IMG/VR virus record: IMGVR_UViG_3300024229_000994 | Span: 1-58,877 of that record | From: a virus | Lineage: Duplodnaviria; Caudoviricetes | Length of the DNA stretch: 58,877 nucleotides | Reading direction: 5' to 3' (one strand) | Shown here: positions 57,634 through 58,877 of the stretch, piece after piece | How positions within the stretch are numbered: the stretch's first letter is position 1 | How the letters are laid out: each line of letters begins with the position of its first letter | Made by a program: the position numbers and the translations under genes | Notes under the pieces: generated by a model | Database searches by the model: none | What the model saw: only the letters and a program-made list of their open reading frames with translations | Told to the model about the DNA's origin: nothing

Positions 57634-58877
57634 GTGAGTTATCGTAATGCAATTTATAATGGACGTGAAGGTACTGTAACTCTCTTCACTTGGGATGAAG
57701 AGGGTAATAGAGTACGATTTGAAACTAGTGTAGAGCCATATCTTTATGTTGAAGGGCCCGGAAAACACGAATCTATATTCGGTACGAAGTTAATTAAGAA
57801 GAAATTCAATAGTCAGTATAACCGCTATAAGTTCTTAAAAGATTCTGGTACAAAGCGAGTATTCGAAAATCTACCAGCACATCAGCAGTTCCTAGTTGAT
57901 ACATATTGGAAGGTAAATGAGGAACCGGAATTTAATAGTAATCCTATTAAGACGATGTTTATTGACATCGAAACCTATTCACCAGATAGTTTTCCAGATA
58001 TTAAAACAGCTAACCATCCCGTAACCGTTATAACTGTTTATGATTCACTTGAAGATAAATTTACTGCATGGGGAATAAAGCCATATAATAATACACAAGA
58101 TGATGTTACGTATATTCACTGTGCAAATGAAAAAGACCTTTTCATGGCTTTCATACAATTCTTGGAAGTAGATTACCCGGATATTTTATCTGGTTGGAAT
58201 TCAGAGTTTTTCGATATCCCGTATATAGTAAACCGTTGTCGTCGTATACTGGGCGATGAATGGGTTAATCGTATGTCACCTGTCGGCAATGTCTATAGTA
58301 GAACGATCAGAGGTCAGTTCGGCGCTGAACAGGTAAAATGGTATATCGAAGGTATTTCACTGATTGACTATCTTGACGTATATAAGAAGTTTACTCAAGG
58401 TCTCCGTGAGAGCTATAAGCTAGACGCTATCGGTGAGCTAGAGTTAGGGCAGAAAAAAGTTGAGTTCGGTAATATGAACCTTGCGACTTTATCTGATGAT
58501 GATTGGCAGACGTTTGTTGATTATAATATTCAAGACGTTAGATTACTTAAACATCTCGAGGTAAAACTGAAGTTTATTGAATTATTACGTATGTTAGCAT
58601 ATACCGGTTTAACTACTTTCGAAGCAGCTATGGGTGCCCTATCTGTAATTAACGGCGCAACAGCTATTAGAGGTAGACGACGCGGTCAACTTATACATAC
58701 CTTTATACGTAACGAAGATACTGGTAAAAACCCGGGAGCATATGTAGGAGTTCCACTTAAAGGCTTTCAGACTGATATTATATCATTTGATGCTAACTCG
58801 CTATATCCGAATGTGATGATATCCTTAAATATGTCACCGGAAACTAAGGTAGGTAAGATCGAAGATAAAACAGATAA
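57634..58877 (+). CDS. family B DNA polymerase gp43 (5' part; runs off the window)
   Basis: Not in the ORF track. GTG start; FIDIET, GWNSEFFDIPY, SYKLD, YNIQDV, SFDANSLYP; TTGATA-N16-TATAAT 7 nt upstream. Confidence 0.95.
   Translation, partial: MSYRNAIYNGREGTVTLFTWDEEGNRVRFETSVEPYLYVEGPGKHESIFGTKLIKKKFNSQYNRYKFLKDSGTKRVFENLPAHQQFLVDTYWKVNEEPEFNSNPIKTMFIDIETYSPDSFPDIKTANHPVTVITVYDSLEDKFTAWGIKPYNNTQDDVTYIHCANEKDLFMAFIQFLEVDYPDILSGWNSEFFDIPYIVNRCRRILGDEWVNRMSPVGNVYSRTIRGQFGAEQVKWYIEGISLIDYLDVYKKFTQGLRESYKLDAIGELELGQKKVEFGNMNLATLSDDDWQTFVDYNIQDVRLLKHLEVKLKFIELLRMLAYTGLTTFEAAMGALSVINGATAIRGRRRGQLIHTFIRNEDTGKNPGAYVGVPLKGFQTDIISFDANSLYPNVMISLNMSPETKVGKIEDKTD

Noticed and set aside
1-58877. Stop-codon reassignment
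   Set aside because: Conserved genes are full length under the standard code; TAA, TAG and TGA all occur at natural gene ends

Overview
A 59 kb piece of a large, AT-rich, T4-superfamily (myovirus-like) bacteriophage genome, probably aquatic. Gene identities are from motifs read by eye; no database search was run. Recognisable T4-type genes: gp5-like baseplate hub, nrdAB, thyX, GroES/gp31-like, gp62-like, uvsY-uvsW-gp55-gp47-gp46 and the 5' part of a family B DNA polymerase (gp43). Accessory content: a dispersed 7-deazaguanine pathway (TGT/DpdA-like gene at the left edge, queE, queD, folE2, plus DUF366), two glycosylation/radical-SAM clusters, SOD, PhoH, a beta-barrel outer membrane protein, a PQ-loop transporter and an Hc1 histone-like protein. 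Three patterns stand out. (1) About 30 genes have a promoter (TAAATA late box, or TTGA-N18-TATAAT) ending 5-9 nt before the start codon, implying mostly leaderless mRNAs. (2) Two promoter-bearing, G/GGA-rich, apparently non-coding units may act as Shine-Dalgarno or CsrA decoys. (3) About 14 late proteins share an N-terminal tag like the T4 capsid-targeting sequence. These include SOD, a ligase-like/nucleotidyltransferase fusion, a PD-(D/E)xK nuclease, an aspartic protease and a muramidase, suggesting an enzyme payload packaged in the head and injected. No tRNA, rRNA or CRISPR array was seen.
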